Assembly (NCBI GenBank): GCA_021613535.1
Contig: CP075497.1
Coordinates: 4,154,001-4,218,000 of the forward strand
Length of the DNA: 64,000 nucleotides
Source of the DNA: Adineta vaga
Lineage: Eukaryota > Animalia > Rotifera
Reading direction: 5' to 3'
In this document: positions 11,588 to 23,565 of the stretch, in pieces
Numbering within the stretch: the first letter of the stretch is position 1
How the letters are laid out: every line of letters begins with the position of its first letter
Notes under the pieces: generated by a model
Seen by the model: the letters and a program-made list of their open reading frames with translations, nothing else
What the model was told of the DNA's origin: nothing
Database searches by the model: none
Translations under genes and position numbers: made by a program

Positions 11588-13384
11588 ATGGATATGCCGA
11601 TTGTTGATCAATCACATATGAGTTATTCTCAAACATCGTCCGTATATCTTCAAGATTTTCGTTCGGAACCTTGTCAAGTATGTGGAGAGAATGCGAGTGG
11701 TTGGCATTGTGGATCGATTACATGGTTAGTAATGTTTTACCCCTCCCCTTATTTTATTAATAGTAAATTGAAATATTTTCGTAAATATATTTAGTGAAGC
11801 ATGTAAGAAATTTTTTCTTCGATCAGTTAATGATGAATATCGTAAATATAAATGTATGAAAGATAAAAATTGTCTGATTACACGTACGACACGAACACAA
11901 TGTCAATTTTGTCGGTATGCCAAATGTATTCAAGTTGGAATGAAATTATCAGAAGGAAATCCAAATCCAAAAATTGAAGATATCTTCAAACAAATTCCAT
12001 GTGCTGTTTGTCATCATGCATCATCTGGTATTCATTTTGGTGCAACAACATGTGAAGTACTATCCATCTTTGTTATGTTTTTCCGAATGAAATGAAAAAT
12101 AACTATTGATTTATAGGGATGTAAAGGTTTCTTTCGTCGTACAATGAGAGAACGTATACCACCACGTTATAAATGTGCAGAAAATAACAATTGTGTTATA
12201 AATTATTCAACACGAAATGCATGTCGATCCTGTCGATTTCAAAAATGTCTTCGAGCAGGCATGTCAATTGAAGGTTCACGAATTGGACGACAATCGAATC
12301 TATTTAAACATAAAATGGTCGAAATGCAACGTCGAGGATTAATACGAACACAATTACGACATGTTATTGCATTAAATTCTGTTCATTCTCAATTAAATTC
12401 GTCGAAAAAAAAGAACACCATCCATTCTGAAAATGATAGTGAAGGTAATCCATGAGAAATTAGAAATAATACTATTCATTCTTTTTCTATTTAGATCTTT
12501 CATCGTATATTGAATCAGCCATGATATTACATTTCGAAGATAAATTAGAACCTGATTTACTTCAACAGATAACTGATATCGAAAATGCTTATTTAACATA
12601 TCTTAAAGTAAACAAATTCGAAACGTATTTATTTCAATTCAAATTTCGATTTTAGGAGTTACCATTTTGTTCAAATGATACAAATGATCTTTGGTTGACA
12701 TGTTTATCTCAATTAAATGAATATACTACACGAATGGCAGATTTTGCTATGAGTATTCCGAATTTTTCGACTTTAAATTCTGATGATCGAACTTTATTAA
12801 TTCATTCATCAACACATTCAGTTATACTTCTATGTCTTTGCTTTCAATCAGCACGATTTCGAGCATTAACGAATGATCTAAATTGGAATTATTTGAATAT
12901 TTCAATCAATTCAATTTGTGGTCAACATCTCCAACAAATGTTTCCATTCTTATTTGATTTAGATCAATTAACATATTCAATGGAAAAAGAATTTCAATTA
13001 TTAGAACTTGATAACAAAGAAATTGCATTATATCTAGCTTTACTTTTTATTTCTATTAGTAAGTAGAACCATTTTTGTACATCAAAAGTATTTTTCCTAT
13101 CTTTTTTTTTAGCAAATAGTAAATTTATCGAGATTGAAAAAATTGAAAAAATTGAAGAGCATCTCTTCTGTATTCTCTATGATTATATGGCTGGTAAGAT
13201 TCTTCTTCAAAAAACGAAATTTTATTTAAGAAAATTCTTATTTTTAGCTAAACGTGGTATTAATAGTAACGATTATTTTGTTTTAACAGTTCAAATTCCA
13301 CTTATTCATCGAATAAATAGTATTATATCAACAAATCTAGTTAATTTTAAATATTCATTTTCCTATAATTCAAATTCAATGTAA
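11588..13384 (+). CDS. Nuclear receptor with two tandem DNA-binding domains (2DBD-NR)
   Basis: DBD1 [28 protein letters not shown]...CQFCRYAKCIQVGM; DBD2 [27 protein letters not shown]...CRSCRFQKCLRAGM; LBD signature FAMSIPNFSTLNSDDRTLLI. Confidence 0.93.
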
Positions 13385-16300
13385 ACAATATATCTTATTC
13401 TTGTGTGTTATTCACTAATCAATTTCAAATAGTAATTCTTCGTTTTTTCTTTTACATGTTAATCTTCAATATTTTTTGTTTCTGTTTATTCAATGTAAAT
13501 TCTTTTTATGTTTAAAATATAATAAAACATATCTAGAGCATGTATAACATTAAATTAGAAGAGGATCGAGTTGTAATTCAGAAGTAATCAAGCATAGAAG
13601 ATTAAAAAAATGAATTTTTTTAGTGTAATGACTGTCCTACTTTCAGGACACTGATCTCTTCATTATTCATTTTTGAACTTACTAGTCTACAATTAAATAA
13701 ATAAGACTTTTAAAAGGATTACGTATGTATATACGATGAAACTTGTTTTCGTTTTCATATTAACAAAGAGATTTTTTGTTTCAAACGAAATGGAATTATG
13801 GAGGTTTAGTTTATATTGAAAACCTCATGTTGAAGATGAATAAGGATAATCTAACATGAGACATAGCTCAATTTGTATATCGATATACATTGATGCAAAA
13901 TGATTTAAGAAAATCTAACTAGTGCTTTGTAATTATGAATATTATTATTAATTATTATTGAACTGTAACTGATGAAAGTAGTTTCCGATATGTAGGAAGT
14001 CAGCGTTTGTAATATGTACTTATGACATACTAAAAAAGAATGTCGATCTCTTTAATTAGAGAAAATCTTCATCATTAATTTAGTAAATCGATATTCTAGT
14101 CACAATTTCTCTTCTGAAAAGTCTAAATAATTGAAATCTTTGTTTTTAGCAGCCATCTATCGAAAAAAGTTGTTTTCTTCATACGTCGAAAAAAAGAAAC
14201 ATGACATATTTTAACAATAGAATGTCAATCATTATGATACATTGGAATCGATGTCCTTACATAATAAAATAAACAAAGTTGAATTCTGCCTTGAAGCAAT
14301 TGTTTCTCATATTACAATAATAATCACTATATGATGAAAAAATCATTTAAATCGATAAGAATCTAATCATAGTGGTATCAAAATGACGAGCTTGTCAATG
14401 TATAAGATGACATAATCATTTTATTCAAACTATAAAGTTTTGAACATTCAAATCATACAGTTAATCAACTGTCTATACGTACGATTAATAGTAATAGTGA
14501 TGATCGACAGTTAAAAACGGAAGTTGCCGTTTTTTTAGATTGGTCGATGACGAACGACAGTTACAATTGTCCATCGAGTTCCGCACGCGAGTTAAAGAGA
14601 AAGAAAACGAATCAGTCAAACTTCCATTCTCGAGTGAAAAAAACCGGCAGTAATTTCTAATATGCACACATAGAGAACAACCTAATTGCTCGAAAATTGT
14701 CGCACGCGTGCCGACTGTCATTAAGTTTCTTCTCAATTTTACTCACATATATCTATTCTATCTATCCATTACAGCAATCAGAACAATTTTCTTTCGCTCT
14801 CATTTCCACTCGAATGTCGATCGATGATTGTATGAGATGAACGCGAAAGGAAGCTCATCATGTCAGCTGCCTTGACGAATGAATGCCGGAAGACGACGAT
14901 CATCATCTCGATGGTAGACTCTAGTAATCAATTCGAAAGAAGAAGCACAAAAAAACAGAATTCTACTGATTAGGTCGATCTAATGTCTAGGCGTGAAAAT
15001 GATTTTTTTTACGTATACACACGACACACCGATTCATTATCACCTTTTCACACAAGGATAAGAGAAACAACAGAAAGGCTCATGTTGAGTTAGTGTTCTT
15101 CGAATCATTTTTTCCTAATCAAGTGTGAATGAACAACATATATAGGTAGCTTTCTTTTTTCAAACAAACACAAGAAAAAAGTGTCAAAAGATTGCAATGC
15201 CGTGTTGATCTTGATCTATGAAATGCAGAGAACACAAGAAAATGAACTAAAATAAGATCAATCAAAACATTTACAAATGATGTTGAAAAAAGCTACGATA
15301 GTCAAATATCCGGTTGAAAGAAGATGATGACGACAACAACAACACAGAATTCCAACATCGATAATTCCCTCTTCATCATGCTTGTAATTAGCTAGTCCGC
15401 TTGCGCTTACAAGTCATTTGTTGGTTACGTGAACAATCTTTCATATGTACATATGCACACCATGTCATCCCTATTAATCGAATTAATCTACCTTTTTCTT
15501 CTCTTTTTATCGGCATATAATATAGAAGAAGTCTATGATGATGAGTGAAGTATAGTGGAAGGTACTCCCACTCGACGACTAATCTCAACATTCTTCGTCA
15601 ATAGCATTGAATCAGAAGAAAAGAACACGCACACCTTTATATTTATATATACATCCATTAGAGACAAATCGTGACAAACATCCATTATCAAACAAATATT
15701 AACTCATGTTTTAATATTTTTCGATTAAGAAAAAATATTATTCGTCATCGAAATAAAGAATTAGATGGAAAATAACTTCAATTATATTCTTGTCGGCAAA
15801 ACGAAGATATCGACATAACGATGATTGATCTATGGGTTGGTCCGATGAGCAAAGACGAATTGAATTTGCCAGAAGGCTTGAAGATGAGTTTGATATCGCG
15901 ACATACGTTGAATATCTTCAAAAAAAGAAAATAAGCCCATGCGCATTTACATCTATTGTAAATTAAAACAAGCTCGAACGGCTGCTGCCCACCGATTGAT
16001 AAGCATCGTTGGAGACTAAGCTTCTTTCACACTTCACCATAGGTGGGGAGTTCAATATGTATGCGTATTTTAATCTCACGAAAAAGCGAGATCGATAAGA
16101 TATTTTCTTTTGATCGAAAAAGGAAGAAACATTTTCTTTGAGAGAAAAAGAACGAAGCGTACCAAACAGAAGTTACCTCTATTTTTCGATTCATTAACAT
16201 CGATGATAGATTTGTCAATGTCGTCAATGAGGTAGATGAGGACATGGATCGATTAGCAACAATATCAGCTTGAATATGCATATGTACATATAGAGATCGT

Positions 16301-17584
16301 GAATGCGTCGAACAGCGCATCGTGCACATGACACACCGTATGATAAATGTTGGTTTAATGACAAGTAACGATGACATTGAATCGTCATCATCAACAAAAA
16401 CAACGAAAAAAAGACAATCAGAAAAAAAACCTTTACACAGCAGGAATTCTTAATGAGAAATTAACCTTTTTTTCATATTAAGGTATTTGCTCTAATGAAC
16501 GACGATGTGAACGATTGTTCATAATTTCGTTATTTCTCATTTTGAAAGGAACTGCTAATCAAATCGAAACTTTGTATGTTATTCTCTGTCAAAGCCAATC
16601 TTCCATATATTATGAATGTTCTTTGATGATTTTTTTTCTACACAGGATAGGTAGACAAATCGATTCGATTTCGATATTCTTTTACTCATCAGACATCTTT
16701 CACACGATTGTAATTAAGTCGGATAACGAACAAGTAAAGTTTTGTTCTAAACCAATCATTGTTGCTTCCTTCTATCGTCCAATGAAATATTTTTTCTCTT
16801 CTGCTTTCGAGGTCAAATAAAATTTTGTAATAGCACCAATGAAAAAAAGAAAATTCCTTCGTCTTCCTCTGTTGGTTTCTCCCTCTTTCTCCCTCCTCTA
16901 TTTCTTCCTTCTTCTCAACATTTTTCCGATTTGAAAGAGAGAAGCGAAAGAGAGAGAGAGAGAAAAACAGAAATTACATGTTCATGTGTCACCCATCTCA
17001 TCATTATCAGTTTGCATCCCGGTCGTCAACCTTCTAATTATTGAGAACGTCCTGCATCGAAGTCAGTTGTTTCGGGGTGGAGCTAAATCTTAATGTTCTA
17101 TTTTCTGAAACAAGATGAAATAAAAAGTAAGAGAAGAACAAAAAAAAATGAAGATTTGTATTGTATAACCGTTGATTACATGACATCAAAAACGTGTAAT
17201 TTCTTTCATTTTTTTTTCTAGAGACAATTCTATAATTAACTCTTTTCTCTTTTACTTGTCTATGGTAAACTTCGCAGATCCTATTTCATGGCAACATTAA
17301 TGACAACAAGTAATAACAACTCGGTATGTAGAAGAGAAAAAAAGATACGAACATTTTCGCCAATTTCGTTTTTATTCTGCTTGAATAGAAAAAAAAACGA
17401 GTCTGAATATAACTAAAATGTAGACACCCCGTTGAGTTGAATTCTATAGTCTCAATCAAGCGCGCACTACTCAATTACTATTGCTTATGCTTTGTTTTTG
17501 AACAAAAGAAGATGAATGAATGTACGAGGGATCATGTAACACTCAATATGGATTTCTTTTTTTTTCTCTTGTACCATATAGGAC

Positions 17585-19589
17585 ATGAACATGACTGCTG
17601 TCAATCCATTGGCTATGTTAGCTGCACAATGCAATAAAATTCCAACGTCCAATACAATGATGAATAATCATACACCACCATTATCCTCAACGACAACAAC
17701 ATCCAGTCGACCAAACAGTCCACCGTCATCACCACCTAAAACAAGTTTCTATGCTTGGAAAAAACCTATATCAACAAGTCCACCTATTTATCAAACGACT
17801 CCAATGAATAATTTTAATCATCATCATCATCCAAATTCTGAAATTGCTTCATCATTGGCACGTATTGGTCATTATGAACATTCGTTATTGAATAGTAATG
17901 GTCATTTAAAAGAGAATACTACAATACCATCACCAGGTCCACCATCAGCACAAACAACTTGGCTTGATATTCATCATCATCATCATTCATGGTTTGCAAC
18001 GACACAAACGCCGCCCATTGTTAACAATGAACAACAAGCAACACCTCTACCACCACCACTGTTTCCCGCAACATCTAATGTTCAATATCCACCTCATGGA
18101 CATCATCATATACAACCAACGCATTACAATGATTTTCTTTCGGTTGGCCAACAATATGCTGATTCTTATCGTCATGAATTTCGTTTACTTTATCCACCTG
18201 TTGTTCCACCACCACCATCATCAGTATCATCACAATTACCTCAATCAAATTCTTCATTTCCTTCTCATACTCCATCACCACCCTCTGCACAAGCCACTAC
18301 TTCATCACCAACGACAACAAATCATTCGAACAGTTCACCTAAGAATATAACTTCAAATAATTTAACACGAAATGGAAAACAACCCAAAGCCAGTCGAGCT
18401 CAATGTGATTGTCCTAATTGTCGTGAAGCTGATCGTTTAGGTTTTGTTGCTGGAGCTAATTTACGAAAACGAAACATTCATAGTTGTCATATACCTGGTT
18501 GTGGTAAAGAATACAATAAAACATCACATCTCAAAGCCCATCTACGTTGGCATACAGGTAAATATAAAAAGAGAACTAAAATTTTTGTTTTCACACTCAA
18601 CTTGTTCTTATCGCGTGTATTATGCAAATCAAATTTCAACATCTTTGAAAAAGAATGTCAATTGACTTCTAACACGCATTTCGATAAGAGAATAACTTGT
18701 GAATAGTTCTAATTTATTTTTTTTTTGTTTCTCTCTTAATTAAGGAGAACGACCATTTGTTTGTAATTGGCTATTTTGTGGCAAACGATTTACTCGTAGT
18801 GATGAACTTCAACGACATTTACGAACTCATACAGGTATGAAATGAAGATTCATTATGTCTGACACCCGATCATTTGCTCATCTTCAGTCCATTAAAAAAA
18901 ATAAACTACTATTCGATTTATCTTGTCCGCCCACCTTGAAATGACCACTATTGCCAAGGCTAATCGTGAGAGAAATAGAACACATCGACGCGATAATTAA
19001 CTTCGAACGAATACCTTTCGGCCAAGTCTATTATTTATATGGAATGAATCATTCATGCGTGATACATGAACATAAAGAAAAAGATGATCATAGGTTAGAA
19101 TGTTATAAACAAGAAACATCAATCAATCAATCAGATCAAGAAAAAAAAAGAAACTAAAACAAGATTTTTCTGATTTTATATAATCTGATAGATAATCTTA
19201 GCCTATCTCCTTGTTAAAATCGTCTATAAATGATTGATTCAAATCTCTTTAGGTGAAAAACGATTTGCATGTCAAGTTTGTGGAAAACGTTTTATGCGTA
19301 GTGATCATCTGAATAAACATGTATGTAGAATTTGTTTAATGCTATGAAATATACCAATCATTCATATATCTCTTAGGTTAAAACACATTCAATTAATATC
19401 AATGGTAATTTAAATGAAGAACATAGAATGAAAACACTTGATTCTGATCTCGACGAAACCAATCGTGATCATCATCATCATCATCAGCTTCAACAACATT
19501 CACATCTTCCACATCAAGCTTTATTACAAATGCATCATCCACGATTTATGGTTGCCGATATCAAAGCTGAACCGAGAATGAGCAATTAA
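17585..19589 (+). CDS. Sp6-9: Sp6-9 (Sp8/Sp9-like) C2H2 zinc-finger transcription factor
   Basis: Sp box [12 protein letters not shown]; buttonhead box [13 protein letters not shown]; fingers [77 protein letters not shown]; stop at 19587-19589. Confidence 0.93.
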
Positions 19590-19886
19590 ATAAATGAAGA
19601 TTCTCGGCAACATTTTCTTCTTCTTTTTTTCTCTCTTTCGACTATTTTTCCTCTCGTTTTTTTTGCGTACTTTTCTTTTTCATAATCTTGTACCTGTAGT
19701 GAAGATATGTGAAATATAACAACAACAAAAAAGAAAATTCTTTTTTTTTAATCATAGCCATGTTGAAATCTGTTCTTAATCAATAAGTTGATCAAAAACA
19801 GATTTACCAGGGTGGACAGTTTTTTTCTTCTTCTTCATCGTCGCATATATTTATATAACGTTCAAAAGACAAACATACATAACAAT

Positions 19887-21896
19887 ATGTCCTTGTTAAA
19901 ACGACTACTTAACCTTTTCTGTATCCTGAATTTACTTGGAAATCTCTCTACAATATCGTCATGTATTAATCATGATACAGAACTTCTTTGCAGACCATTT
20001 GATTTTTCTATATATAACATTTCATCCTTTGATAATAATATCTTATCATCAATTGATACATTTCATTTAACAAATAGTTATTATTCGGGTTATTTAAGTG
20101 AATCAATCAATAAATTGATTATCGATGAATATAATTATGAAACATTTACTTCAACATTTAGTTCAACATTTACACTTCATAGTTTATTAATTGAACATAC
20201 AATATTAACAATATTTCCAGTATGGTTGTGTACATTAAATAGAAATTTATCATTTATTGAAATTGATTATTCTCATCTCGAACAAATTCTTACACATGAT
20301 TTAAATCTTTGTATTAATCTACGAGTATTACGTATAACCAATTCATATTTACAACAATTTACGAATACATATCTTAGTCCGGTATTTTTAGAAGATTTAT
20401 ATTTGAATAATAATAATTTAACAGAAATTTCGATTGAAAATGGTTTGAATTTAAATCAATTTCCATCCTTACATGTTTTGGATTTATCTTTTAATCAAAT
20501 CGAACGAATTTTTTCGATTAATTTCAACCAAACATTACATTTAACTGCATTATATCTCTTAAATAATCATTTACATTTCATCCAATTGAATAATTATTTA
20601 TCACCATTAGAAATTCTTGACTTACAAGGAAATCCTTACTTAGAAATAGATAAACAATGGCATACATATCTCCCACATTTAACAAGAATTCGTTTTCCAT
20701 ACGCACATTTCTGTTGTTCATTCAAAACCGAACAAAAACCTCTCAATAATAAACATATTGAAAATTCCAATTATTTTAATGATAAAAATCTTTTACCAAT
20801 AACATTATCATCGCATTCAATCTGCTCCCCTTTACCTGATCCCATGACACCATGTGAATCATTATTTTCATCGAAATTTACTCGCTTTATTTTCCTTATT
20901 ATCATTTGTATTTCATTCAGTTCAAATTTTACTGCATTAATTATCGCAACATTTCGATTTATAACATCAGCTTATAATCGTTGGTCAATATCGACTCTAT
21001 TCAGTTTAAATTTAGCTTTAGCTGATTTCATTTCATCAATTTATTTAATCTTTATCGCGATTATAGATATTCGTTTTCATGAAAACGTTTATTTATATAC
21101 ACAACTATGGATTAAATCATATCTATGTACATTTGCTGGATTTATTTATATATTTGGAATTCAATCATCTATTTACGCATTAACTCTCTTAACTTTTGAA
21201 CGATTCTATACAATTCTATTTTCATTTACACGTCAAACACCATGGCCATTAAAATTTACATTTTCTATTATTTCTTTGGGATGGTTAATAAGTTTCATGA
21301 TTGCATCATTACCATTGATAGATATTAATAATTATCATGTGAATTTTTTATGTTTACCATTTCGAATGGAGACTTTATCAGATCGATTGTATTTATCTTC
21401 AATAATCATCATTGATCTTGTTTTTCTTGGAATAATTATAACATGTAATGGTCTTATATGTTTCAATTTTAGTAAATCTCATGTACGAACAATGAACGAT
21501 GCACGCGCAACAGTGAAAATTCTTTCCCTAGTTTTCGTTGTTTGTATTAGTCGTTTACCTTTGATTATTTATATATTTCTTGCATTAATGATGCATTCGA
21601 AGACACCCAATGATTCCAGTTTTCATTTAAATGATATGAAATTAGCGATTCTTTTCCTTCAACCATTTAGTTCATGTTTTAATCCATTTATGTATTCATC
21701 TTTATCAACATTTCAATGGACTAGTGCAACAAGTACAACAACAGATTTTGAAAGACCAAAACCAGTGAGCAGATCGATTCGTCTTTCACAATTTCGATCA
21801 AAATCTCTTGTATTCAATCGTGGCTATTATCCATTACGTTTAATGTCAATAACATCATTAGATTATCGATCTTCTTCATTACCAGAGACTCCTTAG
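19887..21896 (+). CDS. Leucine-rich-repeat GPCR (glycoprotein-hormone receptor/LGR family), intronless
   Basis: Signal peptide, LRRs (LEDLYLNNNNLT, LHVLDLSFNQI, LEILDLQGNP), hinge YAHFCC and CSPLPDPMTPCE, and 7TM motifs NLALADF, LTFERF, CLPF, NPFMY. Confidence 0.9.
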   Translation: MSLLKRLLNLFCILNLLGNLSTISSCINHDTELLCRPFDFSIYNISSFDNNILSSIDTFHLTNSYYSGYLSESINKLIIDEYNYETFTSTFSSTFTLHSLLIEHTILTIFPVWLCTLNRNLSFIEIDYSHLEQILTHDLNLCINLRVLRITNSYLQQFTNTYLSPVFLEDLYLNNNNLTEISIENGLNLNQFPSLHVLDLSFNQIERIFSINFNQTLHLTALYLLNNHLHFIQLNNYLSPLEILDLQGNPYLEIDKQWHTYLPHLTRIRFPYAHFCCSFKTEQKPLNNKHIENSNYFNDKNLLPITLSSHSICSPLPDPMTPCESLFSSKFTRFIFLIIICISFSSNFTALIIATFRFITSAYNRWSISTLFSLNLALADFISSIYLIFIAIIDIRFHENVYLYTQLWIKSYLCTFAGFIYIFGIQSSIYALTLLTFERFYTILFSFTRQTPWPLKFTFSIISLGWLISFMIASLPLIDINNYHVNFLCLPFRMETLSDRLYLSSIIIIDLVFLGIIITCNGLICFNFSKSHVRTMNDARATVKILSLVFVVCISRLPLIIYIFLALMMHSKTPNDSSFHLNDMKLAILFLQPFSSCFNPFMYSSLSTFQWTSATSTTTDFERPKPVSRSIRLSQFRSKSLVFNRGYYPLRLMSITSLDYRSSSLPETP

Positions 21897-22046
21897 CAGA
21901 AAAATAAAACATTCATATGAGAATATTTCAATGTATTGTACAGTTTTCGATAGATAGCACTAATGTATTTGGTCGTAGATGGTATTGTAAATAATAAAGA
22001 ATAGATATACGAAAAAAGAACGAAACATTGAGTTTATTTTTTGTTA

Positions 22047-23565
22047 TTAGAATGGATTGATTCGACCAAGTGATAAGAATTCTTCACGTGATTTTGGATC
22101 TTCACGAAAAACACCAAGCATAGCAGATGTTGTTGTTCGAGAATTGACTTTTTGAGCACCACGCATTATCATACACATATGACTAAACAAACAAGAGATA
22201 ATCGTTTCATATAATTCTATGTTCATACTTACAGGCATTCAACAATAACAGCTACTCCTCTTGGTTTAATAACTTCAACTATAGCTTCAGCAATTTGTCG
22301 AGTTAGACGTTCTTGTACTAGAATAGAAGACATTAGTTATTGCTTATTTGTTTTATTCAACAAACCTTGTAAACGTCGACTGAATACTTCAACAATTCTA
22401 AATATATAAAATGATGAAAAGTAATCATTTTCTGAAGACTTATCTATGAAAATACCTTGCTATTTTACTTAAACCTAATACCCGTTTATCAGGTAAATAA
22501 CCGACAGATACTTTTCCAAAAAATGGTACCCTATGATAAAAAAAAGAGAGTAAAAAGTTAATTTAAATAAAGAGAAATGATCATCTGTACATACATATGA
22601 TGTTCACATAAAGAATAAATATCAATTTCTTTAACAACAACCATATTCTCACAATCTTCATCAAAAACAGCATCACTAACAACATCACGAATGCATTGTT
22701 CGTATCCTTTTGTAAAAAACACCAATGCCTAACAAAAACGAAATATTCGATCCAATGATTAATTTTATGAAATTCATAGACATACTTCTGCAGCACGTTT
22801 TGGTGTTTTAAGAAGTCCTAAAAACGACAAGATAAATCATAAAGAAATCAAAAATACAAATATTTTACCTTGTCTTGATGGATCTTCACCAATACTTTCT
22901 AAAATAACTTGATAACTTTCAGTCATTTTTTTTACACGTTGATCACGTATTAATGTTGTATCATCTTCTCGTAATGCTTTTTCATCGAGTACATTTTGTT
23001 TTCGATGACCATTTGTATTTTGATCAGTATCACCATTGTTTTCCAATAAAATTGTCGATGATTTCATTGAACGAACTGAATCGTCTAGAGATTCGAATAG
23101 AATTATCATTTAGAAACAAAAAAGAAAATAATCAAATATTTACATAACATTATTGAACTTTGCTTTATTAGTATTTTCCAATCGGATAGAAAAATGAGCA
23201 CAAACTAACAAAGTTTACTCGTTATATACGATTGTTAGATGATATGACGTCATTAAATGTCGAAAAAAATGTAGCTGAACTAATAGCTGATTATCATATA
23301 GATGTAACAAACTGATTTATCACAGTTGATTTAATTCTTTTCTTCAGCTTTTTGTTCTGGTCTCCTTTCGTCTCATCAAAGAGAAAAACTGTAATAAGAA
23401 TAGAACTAAACTGTATATACAATCATATGACATGTAATAAACTACTCCTTATACGATCGAAACATTTTCTTATCTTTTGACAAGTAGATGAAAATGATTG
23501 ACATTCATAATTATTCTAATTAGACTTCACTTACCCTGTTCTGTATCTTCTTTTGATGACTCCAT
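22047..23565 (-). CDS. GCH1: GTP cyclohydrolase I, multi-exon
   Basis: Spliced motifs [82 protein letters not shown]. Distal first exon [10 protein letters not shown] starts at 23565. Confidence 0.95.
23244..23253. promoter_or_regulatory. Palindromic CRE (ATGACGTCAT) with a nearby TATA box at the proximal GCH1 promoter
   Basis: Perfect TGACGTCA at 23245-23252. Minus-strand TATATAA at 23222-23228 lies upstream of an in-phase alternative first exon (ATG 23150). Confidence 0.5.

Noticed and set aside
17964-18350. Long same-strand overlapping ORFs in the track (also 59279-59629, 52078-52434 and part of 9349-9747)
   Set aside because: These are shifted shadow frames of real CDS, kept open by A/T-ending codon bias and rich in I/L/H/Q/M. 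There is no independent coding evidence.
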